Shown piece after piece: positions 20,550-30,987 of a DNA stretch of 64,000 bases (within the stretch, counting starts at the first letter, position 1; each line of letters begins with the position of its first letter). The notes beneath the pieces are model-generated. The model was not told where the DNA came from and did no database searches. It saw nothing but the letters and a program-made list of their open reading frames with translations. Origin of the DNA: Longimicrobiales bacterium (lineage in GTDB: Bacteria; Gemmatimonadota; Gemmatimonadetes; Longimicrobiales; Gaopeijiaceae); the NCBI GenBank assembly GCA_965248195.1, contig CBDFIQ010000002.1:1856001-1920000 (forward strand). The letters run 5' to 3'. A program made the translations under genes and the position numbers.

Positions 20550-22727
20550 TTAGAGCACGATCATCGAGAGTATGGCCAGCACACCCACGGTCAGGATAAA
20601 CGCGTAGGTGTTCACCTGACCCGTCTGGAACAGGCTGGCCACCCACCCCAATGCTCGAGTCCCGTTGCCCACCAGATTGACGGTCCCGTCGATGATCGTG
20701 GCATCCACGACCCGCCACAGGACTCGCGAGGTCGTCAGGACGGGATCCACCACCCACCGGTGGTAGAACTCGTCTACGTACCACTTGTTGAGGAGAATGC
20801 GGGAGAGGCCCGTCGGCTCCGCATCCTCGGCCGCCACCGGCACTGTTTTGCTCCCGAGGAGCCAAAAGGTGGCCAAGACCACAGCCAGGGCCGCGAGGAA
20901 CGAGATGAGCCCCCACACCCACTCTCCGCCCCCGAGGAGGGGGGCGGCCTGCGCGAGCTCGCCCAGGTTGGTTTCCTGTACGCGGTGGGCGGCTTCGGTG
21001 ACGGGCTCGAGCCAGTCGTGGAGCCACTCGCCCATCGGAAGCCTGCCAAATCCCCCCAGTATGGACTCTCGTAGATCCGTCGACACGTTGATCCATCCTC
21101 CGAAGGCGGACAGCGCCGCCAGGATGACGAGAGGAATCCACATCGTCCTCGGGGCTTCGCGGAGATGCTGGGCCTCCGCCGATCCGGTTCGGTTCTCGCC
21201 GTGGAACGTCATGACCATCAGTCGCGCCATGTAGAACGCGGTCAGCATGGCCGCGACCAGCGCAAGGATCCAGTAGACCGTGTAGAAGCCCGCGTACGGC
21301 GCGTTCTCTGCGCCCGCCATGGCACCCGTCATCCAGATGATTTCGTCCTTCGAGAAGAAGCCCGCGAAGGGCCAGATCCCTGCGATCGTCAATGTGGCGA
21401 GCCACATGGTGGCATACGTGATCGGCATGTACGCCTTGAGTCCACCCATATTACGCATGTCCTGGGCGTCCCAATCCTTGTTCGTGTGATGCAGCGCGTG
21501 GTGCATGGAGTGGATGACGGCCCCCGCGCCCAGAAACAGGAGCGCCTTGAAGAAGGCGTGCGTCATGAGATGGAAGATGCCCGCCGTGTACGCCCCCACG
21601 CCGACACCCAAGAACATGTAGCCCAACTGGGAGATCGTGGAATAGGCCAAAACCTTCTTGATGTCGTTCTGCTTCAAGGCGATCGTCGCGGCGAAGAGCG
21701 CCGTAAGTACACCGATCCCGGCCACCATGGCGCTGCTCAGCGGTGCGAGTGCGAACAACACGGAGGACCGCGCCACGAGGTAGACCCCGGCGGTCACCAT
21801 GGTGGCCGCATGGATGAGGGCGGACACCGGCGTCGGACCCGCCATGGCATCGGGCAGCCAAATGTAGAGCGGGATTTGGGCGCTCTTACCCGTTGCAGCC
21901 ATGAGAAAAAACAGTGTCACCATGGTGACCACCGGGTCGCCGTACGTGAAGACGGCCTCGGCCTGGCCAAAGATGCCGGCGAAGTCCACCCGGTCGAAAA
22001 TGATGTACAACCAGAAGATCGCGACCAGGAAGCCCAGGTCACCGATCCTGTTCACGATGAACGCCTTCTTCCCGGCGGAAGCCTTAGCCTCGTCGCTGAA
22101 CCAGAATCCGATCAGGAGATACGAGCAGAGCCCCACACCCTCCCAGCCGATGAACATGATCGGATAGTTGGCTCCCATCACCAACACCAGCATGAAGAAA
22201 ATGAACAGGTTCAGGTATGCGAAGTACCTGGGGTAACCCGGATCATCCCGCATGTACCCGACGCTGAACACGTGGATCAGCAACCCCACTCCGGTGATGA
22301 TCATCATCATGATCATCGAGAGCTGGTCGAGCTGGATGGCGGCCGCCACGTCCAGTCGATCTCCGGAAAAATCTTCACCCGTGGTGATCCACGACCAATA
22401 GCTACGGATCACAGGCTCGTGCAGCTCGGCACCCAACATCCCGATGAAGTTCACCAGGGTGAGCAGGAACGCGAGGAGCATGACCCCAGGGCCCACCCAC
22501 GTGGGTAGGCTGTGGGTGGCTGGCCGGCCGTTCTCGAAGAAGTCGAATTCCCCTCCGGCCCGGACCGCATTCGCGGATTTCCGGGCCGCGGACAACGCGA
22601 GGGCCCCGTTGAAGGCGAAGCCCAATAGAGGCAACACGATGATGAGCCACGGAAGGACGGGTTCCCACGCGGCGGTCGACTCCCCGAGCCCGGCGGCCTG
22701 CATCGGGAAGAGACCGAAATGCCTCAC
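20550..22727 (-). CDS. nuoL: NADH-quinone oxidoreductase subunit L
   Basis: GWEGVGLCSY, GKSAQIPL..WLPDAMAGPTPVSALIHAATMV, THAFFKALLF. Confidence 0.95.
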   Translation of the reverse strand: MRHFGLFPMQAAGLGESTAAWEPVLPWLIIVLPLLGFAFNGALALSAARKSANAVRAGGEFDFFENGRPATHSLPTWVGPGVMLLAFLLTLVNFIGMLGAELHEPVIRSYWSWITTGEDFSGDRLDVAAAIQLDQLSMIMMMIITGVGLLIHVFSVGYMRDDPGYPRYFAYLNLFIFFMLVLVMGANYPIMFIGWEGVGLCSYLLIGFWFSDEAKASAGKKAFIVNRIGDLGFLVAIFWLYIIFDRVDFAGIFGQAEAVFTYGDPVVTMVTLFFLMAATGKSAQIPLYIWLPDAMAGPTPVSALIHAATMVTAGVYLVARSSVLFALAPLSSAMVAGIGVLTALFAATIALKQNDIKKVLAYSTISQLGYMFLGVGVGAYTAGIFHLMTHAFFKALLFLGAGAVIHSMHHALHHTNKDWDAQDMRNMGGLKAYMPITYATMWLATLTIAGIWPFAGFFSKDEIIWMTGAMAGAENAPYAGFYTVYWILALVAAMLTAFYMARLMVMTFHGENRTGSAEAQHLREAPRTMWIPLVILAALSAFGGWINVSTDLRESILGGFGRLPMGEWLHDWLEPVTEAAHRVQETNLGELAQAAPLLGGGEWVWGLISFLAALAVVLATFWLLGSKTVPVAAEDAEPTGLSRILLNKWYVDEFYHRWVVDPVLTTSRVLWRVVDATIIDGTVNLVGNGTRALGWVASLFQTGQVNTYAFILTVGVLAILSMIVL

Positions 22728-22731
22728 GAGC

Positions 22732-23025
22732 TCACCACTTGAGGAGGTTGAAGCTGTCCACGTTCACCGTCTCGTAGTGCCGGAATATCGAGATGATGAT
22801 CGCCAAACCGACCGCCGCTTCCGCCGCCGCGACCGCAATGACGAAAAACACGAAGATCTGACCCTCGATGCCCACATACCTCGAGAACGCAACGAACGTG
22901 AGGTTCACCGCATTGAGCTGGAGCTCGATGCAAAGAAACATGATGATCACGTTTCGGCGCACGATCACACCCAGGGTTCCGAGCACGAAGATCATGCCGG
23001 CCAGCACGAGAGACTCGGCCAGCAC
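22732..23025 (-). CDS. nuoK: NADH-quinone oxidoreductase subunit K
   Basis: RRNVI...[15 protein letters not shown]. Confidence 0.95.
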   Translation of the reverse strand: MLAESLVLAGMIFVLGTLGVIVRRNVIIMFLCIELQLNAVNLTFVAFSRYVGIEGQIFVFFVIAVAAAEAAVGLAIIISIFRHYETVNVDSFNLLKW

Positions 23026-23027
23026 CG

Positions 23028-23549
23028 TCAGGACGCCTTCTTGGCTAGGACGAGCGCGCCAACGATGGCCACGAGAAGCAGGATCCCCGTCAGCTCGAAC
23101 GCAACCACGTAGTCCGTGAAGAGCGGCCTCGCGATCGCCCCCACGGCCCCGTGTTCAAGTAACGCCGCGTCGATCGCGTCACCCGGGCCGAGATCGGTCG
23201 CGAGACCGGCCGTACCGCTCCCCAGCTGCCAAGCCAGCAGGCCACCCATGCCACCCGTCACCGCAAATCCGATGATCATCGCGACGTTGCCCCGGATGTC
23301 CCGCTGGTACTCGTGTCCCAGGTTGAGCAGCATGATCACGAACAAGAAGAGCACCATGATCGCGCCGGCATACACCATGATCTGGACCGCCGCGAGGAAG
23401 TGAGCCTCCAGAAGGACGAAAATCCCCGCCGTGCTGGCCAAGGTCGTCACCATGAACAGCAGGCTCGCCACCGGACTGGGGCTCACGACCACCCCCACCG
23501 CGCCACCGACTGCGACCGCGGCAAACATGAAGAAGAGAACTTCAGTCAC
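23028..23549 (-). CDS. nuoJ: NADH-quinone oxidoreductase subunit J
   Basis: [22 protein letters not shown]...[10 protein letters not shown]. Confidence 0.95.
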   Translation of the reverse strand: MTEVLFFMFAAVAVGGAVGVVVSPSPVASLLFMVTTLASTAGIFVLLEAHFLAAVQIMVYAGAIMVLFLFVIMLLNLGHEYQRDIRGNVAMIIGFAVTGGMGGLLAWQLGSGTAGLATDLGPGDAIDAALLEHGAVGAIARPLFTDYVVAFELTGILLLVAIVGALVLAKKAS

Positions 23550-23556
23550 GCGCCCT

Positions 23557-24057
23557 TCACTCGCCAGCCGGGTCCGCTGGATCCCATAACAACGTCGACG
23601 GATGGTCTTGTTGCATCAGCCGATCCAGGTCGTAAACGAAGCGGTCCCGCGTGTATTCTGCGTTTTCGAAGTCACGGCCCACGTGAATGGCCTCGACCGG
23701 ACACACCTCCTGACACATACCACAGAAAATGCACCGGAACTCGTCGATCTCGTAGACGATAGGGTATCGGTTGCCCTGGTCGTCTTCCCCACCGACGAGA
23801 CGGATGCAGTTGGCCGGGCACACCGTCGGGCACAGACCGCACGCAACACACTTGGGCCGCCCGTCCGCATGAACCTCCATGACGTGCGTGCCACGCCACC
23901 GGGGGCTCAGTTCGGTCTGCTCCTCCGGGTACTGCTGTGTCACCGTCTTTGGGGTCAACATGTGGCGGAGCGTCAGGGCCATACCCTTGAACGCGGCCCG
24001 CAAGTAGGAGGTCCGCCCCGGATCCGGCCTCTGGATGAGTCGTGTGGTTATAGTCAT
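23557..24057 (-). CDS. nuoI: NADH-quinone oxidoreductase subunit I
   Basis: Two CxxCxxCxxxCP motifs (CVACGLCPTVCP, CIFCGMCQEVCP). Confidence 0.95.
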   Translation of the reverse strand: MTITTRLIQRPDPGRTSYLRAAFKGMALTLRHMLTPKTVTQQYPEEQTELSPRWRGTHVMEVHADGRPKCVACGLCPTVCPANCIRLVGGEDDQGNRYPIVYEIDEFRCIFCGMCQEVCPVEAIHVGRDFENAEYTRDRFVYDLDRLMQQDHPSTLLWDPADPAGE

Positions 24058-24102
24058 CTCATTATTCCATAATATCTTATGTCTATTTGTCTAATATTGT
24101 TT

Positions 24103-25401
24103 CTAATCACTAGCCGCTACCCCTTCCGCCACCATCACTCCCCGGCTACCCGCCACAGGCCCCCGCGCGACGGCTCCATGTTTCGCCGCCGCACCCTCGA
24201 TGATTCGGCCACGATCGAGGAGGAAGACGAACGCCACCGTACAGATCGCGCTGACGCCTGTGAGCGCCAGCCCGTGAGCAAATCCGGAAACGCCGAACTG
24301 GTCCAAGACCAGTATCGTCGTGGAAACGACCATGATGTACGCCAACGCAGTAGGCAGCATGATCTTCCACCCCAGCTGCATCACCTGATCGTAGCGGAAA
24401 CGTGGCACCGTCCAACGAATCCAGATGTAGAGGAGCAGGAAGAACCCTGTTTTTACGGCAAAGCCGGCGAAGGTCAACAAGGTCTTCCAAACGGCCGGAG
24501 CGGCGGCGATGGGGGCACCCGACGTATCGAAGCCCCGAATCAGTTCGCCCTGGTACCAGAAGGCATCGTCCCACGAACCGGGCAGGTCCCACCCGCCGAA
24601 GAAGAGTGTAGCCATGAGCGCCGCCGCCGTCAGCATGTGCGCGTATTCTGCGATGAAGAACATGGAAAACTTCATCGCGGAGTATTCGGTGTGGAAGCCG
24701 GTGATGAGCTCCGACTCTGCCTCGGGCATGTCGAACGGCAACCGGTTCGTCTCCGCGAACGCCGACACCACGAACAGGATGAACCCCAACGACAGCGGAA
24801 ACGCGAACCAGAGCCCCAACTGCTGTTGTTGCCATACGATCTCGGTGAGCGTGACGTTGCCGGCCATCATGAGCACCACAATCAGGCTCAGGCCGAGGGC
24901 TACCTCGTAGCTGACCATCTGCGCGGAAGCCCGCAGGGCCCCGAGGAACGCATATTTATTGTTGGACGCCCATCCCCCGATCACGATCCCATACACGCCC
25001 AGGGAGCTGACCGCGAGAATGTACAAGACACCGATCGGCACGTCGGCGATGATCATGTCGACGACCCCCCACGGCGTGGGAAGCGGCGCCGCGAAGGGCA
25101 CCACCGCGAACGCAACGAGCGCGGGACCCATCGCCAGCATCGGCCCGAGCATGAAGTAGAACTTCGAGGCCGTTCCGGGGAGCGCTTCTTCCTTCACGAG
25201 ATTCTTGAGGCCATCGGCGATCGGCTGAAGCATCCCGAACGGACCGACGCGATTGGGGCCAAGCCGGTCCTGGATGAACGCGGAAATCCGCCGCTCGGCG
25301 AGCGTCGTGTAGGCCACCGTCAGCATCACCACGCCGAACATGACGGCGATCTTGAGCGAGGAGGCCAGGAGGAGGGGCAGACCTGCAATCGGAGTATTCA
25401 C
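24103..25401 (-). CDS. nuoH: NADH-quinone oxidoreductase subunit H
   Basis: ERR....QDRLGPNRVGP, AETNRLPFDMPEAESEL, PRFRYDQ. Confidence 0.95.
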   Translation of the reverse strand: MNTPIAGLPLLLASSLKIAVMFGVVMLTVAYTTLAERRISAFIQDRLGPNRVGPFGMLQPIADGLKNLVKEEALPGTASKFYFMLGPMLAMGPALVAFAVVPFAAPLPTPWGVVDMIIADVPIGVLYILAVSSLGVYGIVIGGWASNNKYAFLGALRASAQMVSYEVALGLSLIVVLMMAGNVTLTEIVWQQQQLGLWFAFPLSLGFILFVVSAFAETNRLPFDMPEAESELITGFHTEYSAMKFSMFFIAEYAHMLTAAALMATLFFGGWDLPGSWDDAFWYQGELIRGFDTSGAPIAAAPAVWKTLLTFAGFAVKTGFFLLLYIWIRWTVPRFRYDQVMQLGWKIMLPTALAYIMVVSTTILVLDQFGVSGFAHGLALTGVSAICTVAFVFLLDRGRIIEGAAAKHGAVARGPVAGSRGVMVAEGVAASD

Positions 25402-25402
25402 G

Positions 25403-27052
25403 TCAGTCCCCAGGCCCAGTCACAGTCACGAGTGCCCCGGACGGCCCACCCTCCGAGCCGATCGACTCGTAATCCAGCCCCTTATAGGACTCCACTGCGT
25501 CGGCCACGAGACCGAAGGCCTCTTCCGCCCTGCTCGGCCCCTCCTCATCCCGGAGCGCGCCCAACAGCGCCCCGAGCACCAACCAAGCTGGGCGTGCCGC
25601 CCCGGGGCCCGACAACGCGGGCCAAAACCGTTGAACCCGTCCCGCATGGTTCGTGAACGTCCCCTCCTGTTCCGCGAAGGTAGTAACCGGAAACTGGAAG
25701 TCCGCCGAGACGAGGGCCAACGACGTGTATGCTCCCAAATAAACCACCAGTGAGGCGTTGGGTGCGAAGACCTCGGGCTGATCGTCGAGTGCGTCCCCGA
25801 GGACCAGGACCACACCGTCGTGGTCCGCCAAGTCGTCCAACCCCCCCTGCCCCGCGTTGTTGCCGACCCGGACGCATCCGAGTAGTTCCGCACCGCGCTC
25901 ATTGGGCGCCAAGCCCTTCCGGCGGGCCAGTCCCTCGTACCCTTTCAGCGCGATCTCTTCATCAGCCCGTGGAGAGCGGAAAACGAGGTCGCCGCCGCCA
26001 AGAGTTTTGACCAGCCGTGACACCGCGCCCAGATCCTCGTTCGACCAGAAGGGCGACACGACCGCTTTCACCGAAGTCTTGACCAGGTTGTCGATCCGTT
26101 CTTTCAGCGCGTCGAGCGCCGCGGTCCAGCCCATCGCCTTGTTACGGCTCTCAATGAGCATGACCGGTGCCTCCAGCCGGTCGCCCCTGTTGAGCCACTC
26201 GTAGCGGCCGCGTCCGTAGTCGCAGATCCAGTGCCCGTTCACCTCCAGGTTGGCTCGGGGCTTCATGCGGTGTACCAGGTTGTCCCGAGTGTGCAGCTCG
26301 ATGTTGCACCCCTGGCTGCAATTCGGGCAAATCGAGGGCGTGTGCTCGAGGTCCCACGCTCGGGCCTTGTGGAGGAAATCTTTTGACACGAGCGCGCCCA
26401 CCGGGCAGATATCCACCACGTTTCCGGCCCACTCGGCCTGGTCCAACCCCTCCTGGAAAAACGTATCGATCACCGACCGGTTACCACGTTCGACCACCGT
26501 GAGCAGCGGATTTTCCTCGACCTCGTCCATGAAACGCACGCACCGCGTGCACATCACACAGCGATCCCCGTAGAAGAGGACGTCCCCTCCGAAATCGTCG
26601 CGCCCCAGCACACGCTTGGCGTCGCGCCCCCGACCGTGCTCCCGGCCCTCGGCGAACACGTAGTCCTGGAGATCGCACTCCCCCGACTGGTCACAGATGG
26701 GGCAGTCGAGAGGGTGGTTCAATAGGTAGAACTCCAGCACGCCGCGCCGCATCCGCTTGGCGTTGTCACTCTGCGTGCGGACCACCTGCCCGTCAGCCAC
26801 GACGGTCGTGCACGACGCAAGAAGCTTGGGCGCGCCCTCCACCTCGACCAGACAGAGCCGGCACATGGCCGGGGACGAAAGACCTGGGTGATAGCAGTAG
26901 TGCGGCACCTCGGTGCCGGCGCCCTGTGCCGCCTGGAGCAGCGTCGTCCCCTGGGGCACTGTGACCTCTTGCCCGTCTATCGTAAGCGTCACCACCTCGA
27001 CGTTGGAGCCGTCGAGGCTGGCGCCATCGACCTCGGTGGTCTTCTTGGCCAT
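25403..27052 (-). CDS. nuoG: NADH-quinone oxidoreductase subunit G (short, ~549 aa)
   Basis: PHYCYHPGL...CRLCLVE, NHPLDCPICDQSGEC, CVMCTRC, DICPVGAL, CPNCSQGC. Confidence 0.92.
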   Translation of the reverse strand: MAKKTTEVDGASLDGSNVEVVTLTIDGQEVTVPQGTTLLQAAQGAGTEVPHYCYHPGLSSPAMCRLCLVEVEGAPKLLASCTTVVADGQVVRTQSDNAKRMRRGVLEFYLLNHPLDCPICDQSGECDLQDYVFAEGREHGRGRDAKRVLGRDDFGGDVLFYGDRCVMCTRCVRFMDEVEENPLLTVVERGNRSVIDTFFQEGLDQAEWAGNVVDICPVGALVSKDFLHKARAWDLEHTPSICPNCSQGCNIELHTRDNLVHRMKPRANLEVNGHWICDYGRGRYEWLNRGDRLEAPVMLIESRNKAMGWTAALDALKERIDNLVKTSVKAVVSPFWSNEDLGAVSRLVKTLGGGDLVFRSPRADEEIALKGYEGLARRKGLAPNERGAELLGCVRVGNNAGQGGLDDLADHDGVVLVLGDALDDQPEVFAPNASLVVYLGAYTSLALVSADFQFPVTTFAEQEGTFTNHAGRVQRFWPALSGPGAARPAWLVLGALLGALRDEEGPSRAEEAFGLVADAVESYKGLDYESIGSEGGPSGALVTVTGPGD

Positions 27053-27056
27053 CGCG

Positions 27057-28349
27057 CTACGCGGCCCCCACTCGTTCGCCACGGCGGATCAACGCCAGGT
27101 ATTCGTCTCTGAATTTCTCGATGGAGGACTCCACGGGAGCGGCCACCGAATCCGAAAGCACGCAGATGGTCGTGCCAGTCATCTGCTGGCTGAGCTCGAT
27201 CAGCGTGTCGAGGTCATCCTCGGTCCCGCGTCCGTCCGTGATGCGTTTGAGGATCGTCGTGACCCAGGCGGTGCCCTCCCGGCACGGCGTGCACTGGCCG
27301 CACGACTCGTGGGCGTAGAACGCCGCCATGCGCATGACCTGGTGCACGATGTCCGTGCTCTCGTCCATTACGATCACGGATGCACACCCCAGCATCGATC
27401 CGGCCTCGACCACCCCTTCATAGGAGAGCGAGCAGCCCTCGGCCTCTTCGGCGGACAGAAGCGGAACGGAGCTGCCACCGGGGATGACCGCCTTCAGCGC
27501 CCCATCCCCAATCATGCCGCCACACACGTCGTAGATGAGTTCCTTGAGCGGAAAGCCGAGCGGAAGCTCGTAGTTACCCGGGCGCTTCACATGCCCGCTC
27601 ACGCAGAACAACTTGGTACCGGGACTCTTCTCCGAGCCCCACTGCCGATACCACTCTGCGCCGTTCCCGACGATGTGCGGGATCGCGGCAAGAGTCTCTA
27701 CGTTGTTGATCGTTGTCGGCATCCCGAAGACGCCTACGGCGGCCGGGAATGGTGGCTTCACACGTGGCTCGCCGCGACGTCCCTCGAGAGAGTTCATGAG
27801 GCCGGTCTCTTCACCGCAGATGTAGGCACCCGCACCCGCAAAGACCGTCACATCGATTTTCTGCCCGGAGCCGAGGACATCGTCGCCGAGAAAGCCGGCC
27901 TCATACGCGTCCTCGACCGCCTTCGCCAACACCTCCGTGGCTTCGAAGAACTCGCCTCGGCAGTAGATGTACACGTGCTCGGCGCCCATCGCATAGGCAC
28001 CGATGACGCATCCCTCGATGAGCTGATGCGGCACCCAGCGCAGAAGCTCACGGTCCTTGAACGTGCCGGGCTCGGATTCGTCGGCGTTACAGAGCAGGTA
28101 ATGCGGCTTGGCCCTATCCTTGGGCATGAAGCTCCACTTGAGCCCGGTTGGAAAACCGGCTCCCCCCCGGCCGCGCAGCCCCGACGCCTTGACGATCTCG
28201 ACCACATCCTCGGGACCCATGTCCAAAGCCTTCTTCAGCGCCTCGTAGCCTCCACGGTCCTGCCAACCCTTCAGCGTCCGTGCTTCAGGGTCGCCGAAGT
28301 ACTTGGAAATAATCTGGACTTCCTTGTCGTGGCTGTACGGGTACCCCAT
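27057..28349 (-). CDS. nuoF: NADH-quinone oxidoreductase subunit F
   Basis: GLRGRGGAGFPTGLKW, NADESEPGTFKDR, AYICGEET, HESCGQCTPCREG; start placed at ATG 28349 just after nuoE. Confidence 0.95.
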   Translation of the reverse strand: MGYPYSHDKEVQIISKYFGDPEARTLKGWQDRGGYEALKKALDMGPEDVVEIVKASGLRGRGGAGFPTGLKWSFMPKDRAKPHYLLCNADESEPGTFKDRELLRWVPHQLIEGCVIGAYAMGAEHVYIYCRGEFFEATEVLAKAVEDAYEAGFLGDDVLGSGQKIDVTVFAGAGAYICGEETGLMNSLEGRRGEPRVKPPFPAAVGVFGMPTTINNVETLAAIPHIVGNGAEWYRQWGSEKSPGTKLFCVSGHVKRPGNYELPLGFPLKELIYDVCGGMIGDGALKAVIPGGSSVPLLSAEEAEGCSLSYEGVVEAGSMLGCASVIVMDESTDIVHQVMRMAAFYAHESCGQCTPCREGTAWVTTILKRITDGRGTEDDLDTLIELSQQMTGTTICVLSDSVAAPVESSIEKFRDEYLALIRRGERVGAA

Positions 28350-28351
28350 GG

Positions 28352-29041
28352 CTATTCGCCGCTCGCCGGACGGATCGGGGAAGCCACGCCAGCGTCCCTG
28401 TTCCTCAAGTGGGCGACGATCCGCGGAACCTCCTCGGTGGTCACGTTCTCGTAGTACCGTGAGTTGATCTGGACACACGTCGGAAAGCCGCAGCCTGCCA
28501 GGCATTCGGCCTCGATCACCGTGAACGCGCCGTCGATGGAGGTCGCGCCCATCTCCGTATTCGTGTGCTCCAAAAACGCCTCGAGCACGTCCTGCGCTCC
28601 ACAAAGGTTGCAGCTGATGTTGGTACACACCTGGACGAGGTGCCGCCCTACCGGTCGCTTGTTGTACATCGTGTAGAAGGTCGCCACCCCACGCACGTAG
28701 GCAGATGAAAGGTCGAGGAGCTCCCCCACGCGATCCATGGTCTCGGGAGAGATGTGCCCCCGAATCTCCTGGGCCAAATTGAGAGCCGGCAGCAGCGCAG
28801 CCCGCCTGGTGGGATACCTGGTCAGGATTTTTTCGAAGCGCGCCTCGTACGGCCCCTCGAAGAGGGGCGCCTCGGGATTCTTTTCCTCCAACATGAACGG
28901 ATACGTGGCCGATGCCGCAGGGTGTCCGCCCTCGAGCGGACGGATCCCCACGAAATCGGTCCCCCGAACCTGCTCTTCGGTCAGATCGTACTCGCCCACA
29001 TTTCCCGCCCAACCAGGGTTCCTGAAGGGGATCTCACTCAT
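28352..29041 (-). CDS. nuoE: NADH-quinone oxidoreductase subunit E
   Basis: VATFYTMY, VCTNISC, ECLAGC; ATGA overlap with the nuoD stop. Confidence 0.93.
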   Translation of the reverse strand: MSEIPFRNPGWAGNVGEYDLTEEQVRGTDFVGIRPLEGGHPAASATYPFMLEEKNPEAPLFEGPYEARFEKILTRYPTRRAALLPALNLAQEIRGHISPETMDRVGELLDLSSAYVRGVATFYTMYNKRPVGRHLVQVCTNISCNLCGAQDVLEAFLEHTNTEMGATSIDGAFTVIEAECLAGCGFPTCVQINSRYYENVTTEEVPRIVAHLRNRDAGVASPIRPASGE

Positions 29042-30243
29042 CGATCGATCTCGCCCAGCACAATGTCCAGAGAGGCGTTGATCATGATCAGGTCGGAAAC
29101 CAAGTGGCCCTCGGCCAGCTTGGCGATCACCGAAAGATTCACAAACGACGGCGGGCGAATCCGCCACCGTACCGGCTTCTCTCCGCCGTCACTTACCACG
29201 TACATCCCGAGCTCCCCCTTCGAACCCTCCACGGCGAAGTAACAGTCACCCGCAGGGACCGAGATGCCCTCCGTGATCAACTTGAAGTGGTGGATCATCG
29301 ATTCCATGTCGTTCATACAATCGGTCTTGCTCGGCAAGGAAACCCGGGGATCCGCAACATTGATCGGCCCATCCGGAAGACGCTCGAGGGCCTGCTCGAG
29401 GATGCGCAAGCTCTGCCGCATCTCCTCCATACGGACCAAATATCGGTCGTAGCAGTCTCCGTTTTCACCGATCGGGACGTCGAAATCGTACGTCTCGTAG
29501 TCGTAATAGGGATTGTCCTTGCGAAGATCGTAATCCACGCCGGAGGCTCTGAGGTTGGGGCCGGTGAAACCGTAGTTGAGCGCGTCCTCTCCAGAGATCA
29601 CTCCGATGTCGAGGGTACGCCCGAGATGGATTCCGTTTGTGGTCAGAAGAGAATCGATCTCGTCCAGTGTCTTGGGAAGGGTCTTCACGAAGTCGCGGAG
29701 CGAGTCGGTCCAGCCCTCGGGGAAGTCCGCCATCATTCCGCCGATTCGGGTGGCCGATGTGGTGATGCGTGCTCCCGTATACGATTCATGGAGCTCGTGA
29801 ATGCGCTCCCGTTCCTGAAACGCGTACAGGAAGGGAGTGAAGGCCCCCACGTCGATCGCGGTCGTCCCGAGCCAGAGCAGGTGGCTGAAGATCCGATCCA
29901 GCTCCATGCACAGCACACGGACGACCTTGCACCGCTCCGTCACCTCGAGTCCCATGAGTTTCTCGACCGCCATGACGTAGACGCAGTTGTAAATCAGGGG
30001 CGCCAGGTAGTCGATGCGGTCCGTCAGGGGAACGATCTGATTCCAGGTCCGGTACTCGCCGAGCTTTTCGAAGGAGGTATGCAGGAAGCCGATGTCGGGA
30101 GTGACCTTGAGCACGGTCTCGCCATCGAGTTCACATAGAAGACGCAGAACGCCATGCGTGGCGGGGTGCTGCGGCCCGAGGTTGATAAGCATGGGCTCCG
30201 AACGAAGATCCGACTCCCCAATCTCCAGGATTTTCTCCGTCAC
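29038..30243 (-). CDS. nuoD: NADH-quinone oxidoreductase subunit D
   Basis: NLGPQHPATHGVLR, DRIDY, KGELG, LGEIDR end; GTGA overlap with the nuoC stop. Confidence 0.95.
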   Translation of the reverse strand: MTEKILEIGESDLRSEPMLINLGPQHPATHGVLRLLCELDGETVLKVTPDIGFLHTSFEKLGEYRTWNQIVPLTDRIDYLAPLIYNCVYVMAVEKLMGLEVTERCKVVRVLCMELDRIFSHLLWLGTTAIDVGAFTPFLYAFQERERIHELHESYTGARITTSATRIGGMMADFPEGWTDSLRDFVKTLPKTLDEIDSLLTTNGIHLGRTLDIGVISGEDALNYGFTGPNLRASGVDYDLRKDNPYYDYETYDFDVPIGENGDCYDRYLVRMEEMRQSLRILEQALERLPDGPINVADPRVSLPSKTDCMNDMESMIHHFKLITEGISVPAGDCYFAVEGSKGELGMYVVSDGGEKPVRWRIRPPSFVNLSVIAKLAEGHLVSDLIMINASLDIVLGEIDR

Positions 30244-30941
30244 GGAGCGTCCTCCGCCGCCTCGTCCGTCGCGTCGGCCGGCTCCGGAGGTGCGAGCCCG
30301 GGGGCGCCACCCATCTTCAACGCGTCCGCCGTATAGTCGTCGTGATAGTCCTGGGACAGGGCGCGCTTCGTCTGTTCCGCCCTGGAAAAGCGCCCTCGCA
30401 GAGGAAAGTCCTTCCGGAGGGGATGGCCCTCTGCGTAGTTCTGCGGCATCAGAATCCGGCGAAGATCGGGGTGGCCCCTGAAATCGACACCGAACAGGTC
30501 GTAGACCTCCCGCTCGAGCCAATTCGCGGCATTCCAAAGCTCAACCACGCTGTCGAGGGAGAGCTCGTCGAGAGGCAGTTCGCACTTGACTCGCAGCGCC
30601 CGTTTGTGCGCCACGGACCACAACTGGTATACGATTTGTAGCGGTTTGCCGCCCCCGTAATCGACGGCTGTCACGTCGACCAGTAGATCATAGCGCTGCT
30701 CAGTGTCGTCCCTTAGCCACTCCAAAACCGATCGGTTACGGGCAGCATCGACGAACACCACGTGCTGATCGCCCGCCTGCACTTCATGGTGGAGGACCAT
30801 CGCGCCGAATCGGCTTTGAAGCGCCGTCACCGACGGGTGTCCTGCTGGCTCATCGTCGCTACCGCGAGGCGTACCCGTAGGGCTATCCGAGGTCTCGGGG
30901 CCTCGCTCCACCGCGTCGAACGCGGAGCCGCTCTCATCCAC
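30240..30941 (-). CDS. nuoC: NADH-quinone oxidoreductase subunit C
   Basis: ANWLEREVYDLFG..F.GHPDLRRIL, GHPLRKDFPL. Confidence 0.95.
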   Translation of the reverse strand: MDESGSAFDAVERGPETSDSPTGTPRGSDDEPAGHPSVTALQSRFGAMVLHHEVQAGDQHVVFVDAARNRSVLEWLRDDTEQRYDLLVDVTAVDYGGGKPLQIVYQLWSVAHKRALRVKCELPLDELSLDSVVELWNAANWLEREVYDLFGVDFRGHPDLRRILMPQNYAEGHPLRKDFPLRGRFSRAEQTKRALSQDYHDDYTADALKMGGAPGLAPPEPADATDEAAEDAP

Positions 30942-30987
30942 CCTGGCGGGCCCTCTTGGTGGCTCGCGAACTTTGGGAACGGAACAT

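Noticed and set aside
3690..30138. Long antisense or alternate-frame ORFs (e.g. 3690-5393, 18231-19652, 19465-21405, 24079-25656, 26913-28454)
   Set aside because: They overlap well-supported genes, have R/G/H/P-rich composition with no motifs, and are expected shadows in high-GC DNA.
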